A stretch of DNA of 64,000 nucleotides from a virus. Lineage: Duplodnaviria > Caudoviricetes. The stretch's first letter is position 1; each line of letters begins with the position of its first letter. The stretch is from positions 1-64,000 of IMG/VR virus record IMGVR_UViG_3300031994_000045; one strand, 5' to 3'. The notes below the pieces were generated by a model, which did not search any database, was not told the DNA's origin, and saw only the letters and a program-made list of their open reading frames with translations. Of this stretch, positions 44,219-53,099 are shown piece by piece. The position numbers and the translations under genes are program-made.

Positions 44219-45643
44219 TTACGAAACCGTCCATCCCTTCGCCTCCGCTATGGCAATCTCAGACGCTGTGAGTTTCGCCTTGTTTGCAGACCCAAGAGTC
44301 ATTGTCTGCCCGCTGACAGAAGGGACCCAGTACATGATGTACAAGAGAGAGTCGTGACCGACGAGAGGAGAGCTGTCTAGCTTGAAGCTCACCTTCGGAC
44401 CCTTTCCAAAATACGCGGTCGATCCTTCGACGCTCCCATCCGACGAGACCGTCTTGGAACCGATTATCGTCTCCAAGGCGTAGCAGTTGGCGAAAGTGTT
44501 GTTCCAATTGGTCATTGAACTACAGTTCCACCCAGATATATCGAGCGTCTTCAGGTAGTAGCACGAGCTGAACATGCCGTCTACAGACGTGCAGACAGAC
44601 GTCTCGAACAAATTGCTCAAGTCAAGGCTCTCTACTTTCGTGTTCGTGAACATTAATCCTGCATTCGTCACAAGCGGCAGCCTCAAAGACGATATGCCGA
44701 CAATTTCGCGAAGGGCACAGCAATAACTGAAAAGGTTCCGGCAAGTCGAAGATACATGGCTCGTATCCCAGTCTGACATGTCAATCTTTGTCATGCTTGA
44801 ACATGAGTTGAACATGTTGTTAATGTTAGTGACCCCAGACACATCCCAACTCGACAAGTCAAGCTCCAAAAGAGATGCGCAGTTGTCAAACATGGATTCC
44901 AAGCTATTGCAGTTAGACTTGACCATTCCGTCTGGAAGCGCCAGCTCGACAAGAGAAGAGCATCCTTTAAACATGGACGAGAACGATGCACACGATGAAA
45001 AGTCCCAGCTCGAAACGTCTATCCTCCTCGTCTTGCAGTTTTGGAAGAAGGCTGTGGCTCCATTGACGGACGTGAACACAGGAGGACGGCCGATCTTGAA
45101 CGACCGTACTGAAGCCGTCTCGTAGAACATCGCGTTGTATGTCCGAATCTCGATGCCGCCTGCAACAAATCTAGCCAACGCCTTCCACCCGGACGTGTCA
45201 TGACTCGCGTCGTGGAACGTATGCTCAGGAGCGTGCACCCACAGCTGCCCAGAGTAGTTGTAAGGGCCAAAGCATGGCTCAGGGACTCGAGTGTCTGCGG
45301 CGGAAGTGTACGATATGATCCAGAACGGTCTACCATAGTCTAGGGGCTCGATAGACCTGTCGCTCGAAGTGATGGCCTTCTCTGCCGTGTGAAGGCCATC
45401 AGACACTCTGACGTAAACAGGCATGTACGAGTCGTTGCGGAACGTGTACTCCGTTGCGCCTCCTCCAGGAGGGCCTGGATTGCAGAGCATTATCCACTTC
45501 TTTGTCGCGCCAGCATCAATGGCTGCCTGCGGAGTAACGTCCTGCGAGAGGACAGCCTCGATGTCAGGCCATGAGTCAGGCTTGCACCAGTCTTCGTGCT
45601 TGTTTGCCATCATACTTCTCGCTCCTATCTTCCCAAGTGTCAT
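44219..45643 (-). CDS. BspA/DUF285-type leucine-rich repeat protein (474 aa)
   Basis: Repeats such as MFKGCSSLVEL, MFDNCASLLELDLSSWDVSGVT, MFNSCSSMTKIDMSDWDTSHV; C-terminal 'AKLTASEIAIAEAKGWTVS'; low GC. Confidence 0.85.
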   Translation of the reverse strand: MTLGKIGARSMMANKHEDWCKPDSWPDIEAVLSQDVTPQAAIDAGATKKWIMLCNPGPPGGGATEYTFRNDSYMPVYVRVSDGLHTAEKAITSSDRSIEPLDYGRPFWIISYTSAADTRVPEPCFGPYNYSGQLWVHAPEHTFHDASHDTSGWKALARFVAGGIEIRTYNAMFYETASVRSFKIGRPPVFTSVNGATAFFQNCKTRRIDVSSWDFSSCASFSSMFKGCSSLVELALPDGMVKSNCNSLESMFDNCASLLELDLSSWDVSGVTNINNMFNSCSSMTKIDMSDWDTSHVSSTCRNLFSYCCALREIVGISSLRLPLVTNAGLMFTNTKVESLDLSNLFETSVCTSVDGMFSSCYYLKTLDISGWNCSSMTNWNNTFANCYALETIIGSKTVSSDGSVEGSTAYFGKGPKVSFKLDSSPLVGHDSLLYIMYWVPSVSGQTMTLGSANKAKLTASEIAIAEAKGWTVS

Positions 45644-46464
45644 GGCAGGTTGAACCTCACTTTGTCGATTGCGCAGTTGTGGGCGATCTCGTCGGCGGTG
45701 AGCACGTGGTCATAGACCGACAGACGCATGACGCGAGCACCAGATGATAGGGAAAACGAGCATATCGCGTTATCCCCAAACACGCGCCCTCTTAGATCGT
45801 TAGCGAAACGGTCATACATTTGGCTGCGTGTATAAGCTGTTGTCGCAATGTTATTGCCGTCTATGTAACAACGACCGCGACTCTCTCTCCCAAGGGTGTC
45901 GCTCATCGTTGTGCCAACATATCCAAGGTTGCGATAATTGTCCGTCTGTATTTCATAATTCCCCATGCCTCCTGCAAGCATGCGAAGCATCGACAGACTA
46001 TAGAACGCTCGCGCGCCGACATAATAACCGGGATAACTGCTCAATCCGTTTTCGCCAACCCACCAGACTGCCCCAACACCATACGCCCCTTCGCCCATGT
46101 GTCCCAAGTCCGCTACCATCTCAACGGACGTGCCGAGAGTGTCATCGCCGCATTCGGCATATCCGTGAGACGCTATAGCACCTGCGAGGCCGCGCAATTC
46201 CATGTTCGCGGAGCATGTAATGTATGTGTCGCCAAAGACCGCAGTACCAGAATAAGCTGCCAACTCCAGCCTATTGACTAGGTCGATCCACGTCGTTGCC
46301 GCCGGGTCATGCGTCTTCCACCCCGCGTTCTCGATGCCGTCCCACATCGCGACGAGCCCGTCCTGCACGTAGTCTTTCGCGGTCTTCTTCTGTGACTTCA
46401 TGAAGTAAAGCCCCATGACCGGCACAGACGTCACGCCGCCTGAAGCTGACCTTGATCCGCTCAC
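45640..46464 (-). CDS. Second LamG-like putative receptor-binding protein (274 aa)
   Basis: GTG 46464 overlaps the upstream TGA. YVQDGLVAMWDGIEN ... VYDHVLTADEIAHNCAIDKVRFNLP; paralogue of 42780-43544. Confidence 0.8.
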   Translation of the reverse strand: MSGSRSASGGVTSVPVMGLYFMKSQKKTAKDYVQDGLVAMWDGIENAGWKTHDPAATTWIDLVNRLELAAYSGTAVFGDTYITCSANMELRGLAGAIASHGYAECGDDTLGTSVEMVADLGHMGEGAYGVGAVWWVGENGLSSYPGYYVGARAFYSLSMLRMLAGGMGNYEIQTDNYRNLGYVGTTMSDTLGRESRGRCYIDGNNIATTAYTRSQMYDRFANDLRGRVFGDNAICSFSLSSGARVMRLSVYDHVLTADEIAHNCAIDKVRFNLP

Positions 46465-48545
46465 GATCCGGCCTCCTGCTTCTCGACGACCTGCTTCACG
46501 ACCTTCCACGCAGGCTTGGCGGACGTCCCGAACGCCGTCATCGTGAAGTACAGCTCGCATTTCTCCCCGCCTTCGAACGTCAGTATGTCGGTCAGGAGAT
46601 TCTGGCCTTCTGGAGTAAACACGTCGAAAGAAGTCCCGAACCCGTTCAGCGTGGCCGTCGCGCTGTCCGAAGCGTTCGCCGAGTTGTCCACGTCGAGCAC
46701 GAAGTCTCCGACCTTTCCGCCTGGCACGGACGGCATGTCGAAAGCCTGCGTAGTCGTTCCTGACGCGAACGCGTAGAGGTTCACCCTCTCGCACGACAGC
46801 GAGACCGAAGATGCGGAAGACATGTCGTACCCTTGGATCCACAGCGTCTCGCCGCCGGCAGACACGACCTCAAGGCGCCCGTCCGACCTTATGTCAAGGG
46901 TCGCGTCCGGAGACGTCATGTCGACGTACTCCCAGTTCGAGGCACCCGTCCACTCGCCTGCGACTGCCACGGCCGTCTTGCACCTGTAGAGCGATCCTCC
47001 GTAAGTAACGTACTCTCCAACCAGATACGTGAGGGAATCGCTAAACGGAGGAGCCGCGGAAGAGGCGTCGAGCTTCCCGTCGAGAACGGCCGGGTCTATG
47101 CTTCCCCCGTTCGTGATGTCGGCCGCATGGAACACTCCGGGGGCGACCTCCGTAAAGCGGTAGAGATACGTCCCCGCCGCGAACGTGCCAGGCGGCGCGC
47201 CCGCCGAGTCCCAACTATCGCCCTGCGCGACGGCCCACGTCACCACGCTCGTCGCGCTCACAGACAGCCGCACCAACAGGTCGCGCGAATGGCCCGGATT
47301 CGCCGGAGGAAGCGTCAGCATCGTGGTTGTCGATACGGGAACCGCGTTCACAGCGCGGTCGGCGAGATGGTCGGGGAGAGACGCGCGAGTGGCGGTAATA
47401 TGACGAGATTCATACTGAAACATCACAGACAAATCGTTCTCGTGTGATTCATCGTACCACGAATCGCTGACAAAATCTTTCTGTATGGAATCTTCGGCAA
47501 TCACGAGCTGCCACCAATACGTTTCTCCGCTATTCCTGAAAGTCGGGCCGCTGTATATCGTCTCGTTTTCGCTAAGGCCGCTTACCGTCCATTCGCCCGG
47601 CACGACGAGCGCGTAGGGAAGCGCGTCCGCGTCCGCCTTCAGCGCGAGCGCCGCGTTCACCTCGCTCGCATTCGCCTTCCCGCTCACGTCCTGGTGCGCC
47701 GTCAGCACCGTCGCGCTCGTTCCGTCCTTCAGCCGTATCGTCGTCTTGTCCGCGTCCGCGCCGGTCCCGGGCGTCACGGACATCTCGCTCCTGTTCGCCT
47801 TGCCGCCGAGCGCGACGACCAGCCCGGTCACGTCGCTCATCCCGTGCACGTGCGACCCGGGCGGGAACGTGTCCGGCTTGTTCAGTATCCGCGCCTTCCC
47901 TTCCGTCGCGTTCCAGTCGGCGTTCACCTGCTCGGCGGGGATGGCCAGCGTCACCGCGCCCGTCTGCCCGTTGACGCTCGTCACCGGCGACGCCGCGATC
48001 TCGACGTACTGAGACCCGCTCCAGCGGTACGTCCTGTTCGTGTCCCGCGCGACGTAGATCTTGCCCGTCTCCCCGCTCCCGGGGAAGCCGCTCAGCGCGG
48101 AATACTCCAGCACGTCGTCCACGTAGGACGGGAGGAGCGAGGACTTTATCCGGCCCCCGTCGAACAGGCCGGAGGGCTGCACGGCCGAGTCGGCCTTGCC
48201 GAGGCTCTCCTGGACGGCCACGGCGAGGGCGGCCTTCGCGATGCCGGACGCGGGGGCGAACGTCCCGGACTCGACGATCCGGGCCAAGAAGGGCGCGAAA
48301 AGGTCGAGGTCGAGGAGCGCCCGGTCCAGGACGGACCTCACGTAAGGCCCGATGTCCACATTGCCGAAGCGGTCCGGAACCTCGCCGGACACGGACATGA
48401 CGGGCATCACGGGCGCGACGGGGACGAGGACGGGAGGGGCCACGACGGGCACCGAGCTCGCCGGGGGAGGCGGGGAGAACGGGGCGCACGCGCGGGGAAC
48501 GGACCCCGCGCCGCAGGGTATCTGGCATCTGTCGCTGTCTGTCAC
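46461..48545 (-). CDS. Tail fibre protein (694 aa) with a carbohydrate-binding-like module
   Basis: GTG 48545 with GAGGA RBS. Fibre motifs LPSYVDDVLE...GKIYVARDTNRTYRWSGSQY, VTSVNGQTGAV, QVNADWNA...ILNKP, HVHGMSDVTGL; CBM5/12-like TYLVGEYVTYGGSLYRCK. Confidence 0.85.
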   Translation of the reverse strand: MTDSDRCQIPCGAGSVPRACAPFSPPPPASSVPVVAPPVLVPVAPVMPVMSVSGEVPDRFGNVDIGPYVRSVLDRALLDLDLFAPFLARIVESGTFAPASGIAKAALAVAVQESLGKADSAVQPSGLFDGGRIKSSLLPSYVDDVLEYSALSGFPGSGETGKIYVARDTNRTYRWSGSQYVEIAASPVTSVNGQTGAVTLAIPAEQVNADWNATEGKARILNKPDTFPPGSHVHGMSDVTGLVVALGGKANRSEMSVTPGTGADADKTTIRLKDGTSATVLTAHQDVSGKANASEVNAALALKADADALPYALVVPGEWTVSGLSENETIYSGPTFRNSGETYWWQLVIAEDSIQKDFVSDSWYDESHENDLSVMFQYESRHITATRASLPDHLADRAVNAVPVSTTTMLTLPPANPGHSRDLLVRLSVSATSVVTWAVAQGDSWDSAGAPPGTFAAGTYLYRFTEVAPGVFHAADITNGGSIDPAVLDGKLDASSAAPPFSDSLTYLVGEYVTYGGSLYRCKTAVAVAGEWTGASNWEYVDMTSPDATLDIRSDGRLEVVSAGGETLWIQGYDMSSASSVSLSCERVNLYAFASGTTTQAFDMPSVPGGKVGDFVLDVDNSANASDSATATLNGFGTSFDVFTPEGQNLLTDILTFEGGEKCELYFTMTAFGTSAKPAWKVVKQVVEKQEAGS

Positions 48546-48591
48546 GGCGGTATCCTCTCGATGGAGGCCCTCCCTCCGAGAGCCGGGGACA

Positions 48592-48655
48592 ATTATACCA
48601 CGGCCCCGCGAACCGCGCAAGCGAAGTTGCGCGAGGCTCCGACCTTTGGTAGAAT
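48592..48655. promoter_or_regulatory. Back-to-back divergent sigma70-type promoters
   Basis: Minus strand: TTGCGC(48615-20)-17-TATAAT(48592-97). Plus strand: TTGCGC(48627-32)-17-TAGAAT(48650-55). Both have TG extensions. Confidence 0.75.
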
Positions 48656-48694
48656 ACGCGCGTCCCACAAGCACGAACACCGCGGGGAAATCCT

Positions 48695-51600
48695 ATGGAA
48701 AGCAAGACCACAGACATCGGCAAGGCGGCGCAAGCCAGGGCCTGGCTGGACATGGCGCAGTCGAAATGGCGCCTGCAGACGATGCAGCACCGGTCGAGGT
48801 ACAACCCGAAGACCGGGGAGTACCGGCAGCTGCCGACGAGGATCAGGAGGTTCCTGAACGGGACCCCGGTGGGGATGAAGTCCGAGGTCCTGGCGATCCT
48901 GAAGGAGTCCGCGCCGTACAGGTCCCCGGTGTTCGACTGCGAGACCGACGAGGGGCTCTCGTACGTCCCGACGAACACGTTCATCCGCAAGGACGGCGTC
49001 GAGCACACGACGGGCGGGAAGGACCCCACGTACACGATAATCCAGGACCTGCTCCTCGACGACGGGCTCGGGGACGCGTACTCGTTCGGCGACGAGTCGT
49101 CGTGCTCGCAGCTGGGGGAGACCGAGTACCACTGGGACGAGCCGTCGGTGATGGACTGCCCGGACGGGTCGCAGGGCGTCAGCTACCAGATAACGGACAT
49201 CAGCCGGGACAGGGAGTCGGACCTCTTCTCGTACCGCGTGAGGCGCGTCCAGGCGCTCACCGTGCACGTGCAGCCCCAGGTCGTGGAGTGCGACCGGCGC
49301 AAGAGGGTGACCGTCGAGACGTGGGACAACGTCTACGGGGAGCCCGGCGCGTTCAGGCAGGACCCGGCCAGGGGAGGCTCGGCGCCGATAGCGACGCCGG
49401 CCCCGTGCTCGCAGCCGGACGGGACGGCCGTCAAGGTGGACGTGTACCGCAACCCCGACTGCACGTACAGGCTGACCGTCCAGACGGTCGAGGCGAAGAC
49501 GGACGACCCGGCGCAGTTCTCCGTCTACATGGACCAGTACAAGAAGAACGAGTCCGTGCGCGTGGCGAACGCGGCCAGCGGCCTCCCGAGGCTCGGGACG
49601 GACTACTCCGGCGGCGTCATGACGAGATACACGTCGGAGCGGAACGAGGACGGGACGTGGAACAACACGACCGAGAAGGAGACCGAGCGCGAGGTCGTGT
49701 CGTCGACCGTGGAGCATAGGATCACGCCGAGGGGCACCGTGAGGATCGTCACGGACACGAACCAGACGTCGGCCGCGAGCAGGATCTCGACGGCGTTCGG
49801 GTCGTGGAAGTACACGAAGACCCCGGGCGGGCGCTACACGAACGAGTACGTCGAATACGTGAGGAACCGGACCGACAGGTCCGGGCTGGTCTGCTCGGAC
49901 ACGGCGTTCGTGAAGACGCACGAGGACCGGAGCGGGGCCGCCGGGCTCCCGGGCGCGTCGGCCCACGTGGCGGCCGCGTCCGGCGGGCTGGTGACCACGT
50001 GGACCTACGACACGGACTCGGAGGGGTTCGTGACGAAGAGCGTCCGGACCGAGCAGGAGCACACCGTCCTCAACGCGACGAGACGGAAGTCCTCCGGGCT
50101 GCTCGGCACGACGGTCGGATTCCAGCACAGGAGCGTGACCAAGACCGTCGCCGACGGGATCCTCGCGGGGGCCGGGACCGGGACGACGGTCGAGATGAAG
50201 CTCACGAACGGTAACCTGTGGGACGTGGACGTCCAGAGCTTCGCCAAGCTGGCCGGGGGCAACCTCGGGCTCTCGTGCGAGAAGACCGTGTTCCAGCACG
50301 CGCACGAGGCGTCCGAGGGAGCCTCCGCGATACCCCCCGACGTCCACGCCGACGCGGCGGGGGGCGGCCACACGTACAGGCGGTCGTACTCCGTCGACCC
50401 GTCGACGGGCGCGATAACCGTCAGGAGCCAGGACACGGAGGAGATCTACGTCCAGCAGTCGAGGAGGACGACGAGGGTCACGGCTCGGGGGACGGAGACG
50501 AGGACGACGTCGTCCAACGCGACGGACCGGCCGGCCGACGCCTCGGCGCCGGGCACGACGGTGGAGTGGGAGCTGACCCCCGGAGGCCGGTACAACGTGA
50601 CGACGGTCACGACCGCGCCGAAGGCCGGGTTCACGGGGGCCGGGTGCGAGCAGGACGCGTTCGTGCACACGGACAGCGAGACGAAGACGTCCGCGGACGC
50701 GCCTTCCGGGCACGTGCCGGGAGGATCGGGCGGAACGTACTCGGAGCGGACGGCCAGGCTCGGGGACGACGGGCTGTGGGAGATCTCGACGGCCACGCAC
50801 AACGAGAAGGCGTCCGTGGCCAACGGGACGGACGTGACGGTGACCGCGAGAGGGACGCGCAGGACCGTGAAGACGAGGAGCACGTCGGCGAAGACGGTGT
50901 CCTCCGTCGGGAGCTCGGCCAGGAACACGCGGACGAGGGGCGGGCTGTACGACACGGAGGTGACGACGTTCACCCCGAGGGCCGGAAACTCGGGGGTCAG
51001 CAGGTCGGTCGACGCGTACGTGTCGTCGGACGGGACGACGAGCATGTCGGCGGGCCCGAACCTCAACCTGGCCGGATCGGGCTCCGGGGGCATGTACTCG
51101 GAAGGGACGGCGAGGCTGGGGGACGACGGGGTGTGGGAGAACACGGTCGTCGACCACCAGGAGAAGCCCGCGTTCCTCGGCGAGGACGTCGTCGTCACGG
51201 CGAGGGGAATGCGCAGGACCGTGAAGAACAGGCAGGCCGACGGGACAAGCGGCCTGACGGCGGACGACGCGGGCCGGTCGTTCCGGTCGACGCTGACGAG
51301 GGGCGGCCTGTTCGACGCCGAGGACACGACGTTCGCGCCGAGAGAATCGGAATCCGGGAAAAGCAAGTCGGAAGACGCGTTCCTCAAGTCGGACGGGTCG
51401 ACGTCGCTGGCCAGGACCGGAAACATAACCCTGAACGGCACGGGCACGGGCGGGCTGTACTCGGAGGGATCGTCCAGGCTGGGCGACGACGGCCTGTGGG
51501 AAAAGACGACGGCCGACCACCGGGAGAAGACCGTCCCCAAGCAGCGGGTCGAGGAACGCGTGACGAGATACGGGATGGTGACCCGCGAGACCGACGTGCA

Positions 51601-52666
51601 GACGGACGGCACGGGCCAGGCCCTCCAGGCGACGACGGCGAACATCGGGAAGGAGCGCGTCGTCGAGAGGACGAGGGGAGGGCGGAACAACGTCACGACG
51701 ACGAAGGTCGAGGCCCTGGACGGGGAGACGGAGGTCTCCTGCGAGAAGACGGCGTTCCTCCACACGCACGTGACGACGGAACTCATGAGGCAGAAGTCAT
51801 TCGGCCACGTGGACGCCGCCGCCGACGGAACGTACCTTGAGGAGACGTGGCGGATAACCGACGTGGGGACGTGGGAAAAAAGGAAGGCGGAGAGGACCGA
51901 GGAAACGCCAAGCCTCAAGATCCGGCAGTACGAGGACGCGTTCGGGAAGACGGACGTGCACGAGGGCTTCTCGGTCAGAACCGAGGACGGGGACCAGGGA
52001 GGAAAGGCCTACTCCAGCGAAAAGCAGATCCGGTACGTCGAGTCCACCATGACGAACGGGAAGATGTACAACGTCCGCACGACGACGGAGACCCCGGAGC
52101 TGGTGGACTCCGGGTGGCTGCACACGGAGCGGAACGTGAGCGACGGCCTGTCGGTGTACTACGACTTCCGGGTGTTCCGCAACGCGAAGAAGAGCCTGGT
52201 CAGGGGGATCCTCGAGGAGGTCAACGGAAGAGTCGGTCGCTACCGGGGCGACAACGGGTCCCTCGCGACACACCCCAGCGTGAGCGTCGCCCCGAACAAG
52301 TTCGGCCTGTGGGACGGGACGGTCGGGATCACGACGACGTTCACGCCGAAGGCGTGGTCATCCGGCGGCTCCGTCGCCAAGGACAACTGGGAGCAGAAGG
52401 TGAAGATCAAGTCCGTCAGCTTCATCCCCATCGGAAACTCCAAGCTCCTGAAGGTCGTCACGACGGACACCCACCTGAGGGGAGGCGGCGTCGGGCAGGA
52501 CAGGCTCAAGGCGCTCACGGCGAGCGGCGTCATCAAGGGGTCGCAGTTCTCGTACCATCCCGGCGGGCAGGCGTTCTCGTACGACCTCATAACCGCGACG
52601 TCGAGCAAGGGCGTCATCATCGACATGCCCGGCGCGACCGAGAAGGAAATCTGGAACGGGCAGTAG
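48695..52666 (+). CDS. Thr-rich tandem-repeat putative virion/tail protein (1323 aa)
   Basis: Codon-biased ORF with its own promoter; ~120-aa internal repeats (GGxYSExxARLGDDGxWE); beta-strand-rich. Confidence 0.75.
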   Translation: MESKTTDIGKAAQARAWLDMAQSKWRLQTMQHRSRYNPKTGEYRQLPTRIRRFLNGTPVGMKSEVLAILKESAPYRSPVFDCETDEGLSYVPTNTFIRKDGVEHTTGGKDPTYTIIQDLLLDDGLGDAYSFGDESSCSQLGETEYHWDEPSVMDCPDGSQGVSYQITDISRDRESDLFSYRVRRVQALTVHVQPQVVECDRRKRVTVETWDNVYGEPGAFRQDPARGGSAPIATPAPCSQPDGTAVKVDVYRNPDCTYRLTVQTVEAKTDDPAQFSVYMDQYKKNESVRVANAASGLPRLGTDYSGGVMTRYTSERNEDGTWNNTTEKETEREVVSSTVEHRITPRGTVRIVTDTNQTSAASRISTAFGSWKYTKTPGGRYTNEYVEYVRNRTDRSGLVCSDTAFVKTHEDRSGAAGLPGASAHVAAASGGLVTTWTYDTDSEGFVTKSVRTEQEHTVLNATRRKSSGLLGTTVGFQHRSVTKTVADGILAGAGTGTTVEMKLTNGNLWDVDVQSFAKLAGGNLGLSCEKTVFQHAHEASEGASAIPPDVHADAAGGGHTYRRSYSVDPSTGAITVRSQDTEEIYVQQSRRTTRVTARGTETRTTSSNATDRPADASAPGTTVEWELTPGGRYNVTTVTTAPKAGFTGAGCEQDAFVHTDSETKTSADAPSGHVPGGSGGTYSERTARLGDDGLWEISTATHNEKASVANGTDVTVTARGTRRTVKTRSTSAKTVSSVGSSARNTRTRGGLYDTEVTTFTPRAGNSGVSRSVDAYVSSDGTTSMSAGPNLNLAGSGSGGMYSEGTARLGDDGVWENTVVDHQEKPAFLGEDVVVTARGMRRTVKNRQADGTSGLTADDAGRSFRSTLTRGGLFDAEDTTFAPRESESGKSKSEDAFLKSDGSTSLARTGNITLNGTGTGGLYSEGSSRLGDDGLWEKTTADHREKTVPKQRVEERVTRYGMVTRETDVQTDGTGQALQATTANIGKERVVERTRGGRNNVTTTKVEALDGETEVSCEKTAFLHTHVTTELMRQKSFGHVDAAADGTYLEETWRITDVGTWEKRKAERTEETPSLKIRQYEDAFGKTDVHEGFSVRTEDGDQGGKAYSSEKQIRYVESTMTNGKMYNVRTTTETPELVDSGWLHTERNVSDGLSVYYDFRVFRNAKKSLVRGILEEVNGRVGRYRGDNGSLATHPSVSVAPNKFGLWDGTVGITTTFTPKAWSSGGSVAKDNWEQKVKIKSVSFIPIGNSKLLKVVTTDTHLRGGGVGQDRLKALTASGVIKGSQFSYHPGGQAFSYDLITATSSKGVIIDMPGATEKEIWNGQ

Positions 52667-52682
52667 GAAGGAGGCTGGAGAG

Positions 52683-53099
52683 ATGCTGATACCTGAAGGA
52701 GCAAGCACGCCGGCGGCGGAGGGGTTCTTCATCCCTCCGATCGGCGGGGGAGGAGACTCGGTCACGTTCATGGGAGGGGGAGGAAGCGGCTCCGGCGCGT
52801 TCGACATCGAGGGCGGCAAGGTCGTCAGGTGCGGGCTCATGTTCGGGAGAAAGTGGCTGAAGTGCGAAGACAAGGAGCTCGGCGTCCTCAAGAACGGGAA
52901 CGCCCCGGCCGGCGTCATATACGCGACCGTGTCCCACGGGGGAGAGACGGCGGCCGAGCTGTCCGTCAACGCCGGGACGAGCCTGCCGGACAGCACGCTC
53001 GACGCGTCGCACCGCCTCCTCTACGCCGCGGAGGGGAGCAGCGGGGCGAAGTTCTGGGCGGACTACAGGAGCTGCATCACGGTCATGTCGATGGACTGA
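52683..53099 (+). CDS. Hypothetical protein (138 aa)
   Basis: GGAGG/GGAG RBS; co-oriented with the 1323-aa gene; overlaps the convergent gene by 17 bp. Confidence 0.7.
   Translation: MLIPEGASTPAAEGFFIPPIGGGGDSVTFMGGGGSGSGAFDIEGGKVVRCGLMFGRKWLKCEDKELGVLKNGNAPAGVIYATVSHGGETAAELSVNAGTSLPDSTLDASHRLLYAAEGSSGAKFWADYRSCITVMSMD

Noticed and set aside
42780-45700. Diversity-generating retroelement (TR/VR) at the paralogous LamG 3' ends
   Set aside because: No reverse transcriptase is present in the window, both copies are coding gene ends, and the differences are not confined to adenines.
42780-46464. Host assignment (Kiritimatiellae/Verrucomicrobiota-like) from GC content and LamG family resemblance
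   Set aside because: This is only an impression; it needs CRISPR spacer matches, prophage hits or protein taxonomy.
48592-53099. Shufflon or invertible segment
   Set aside because: No recombinase and no inverted repeats at both boundaries were seen; only the promoter palindrome is retained as a finding.
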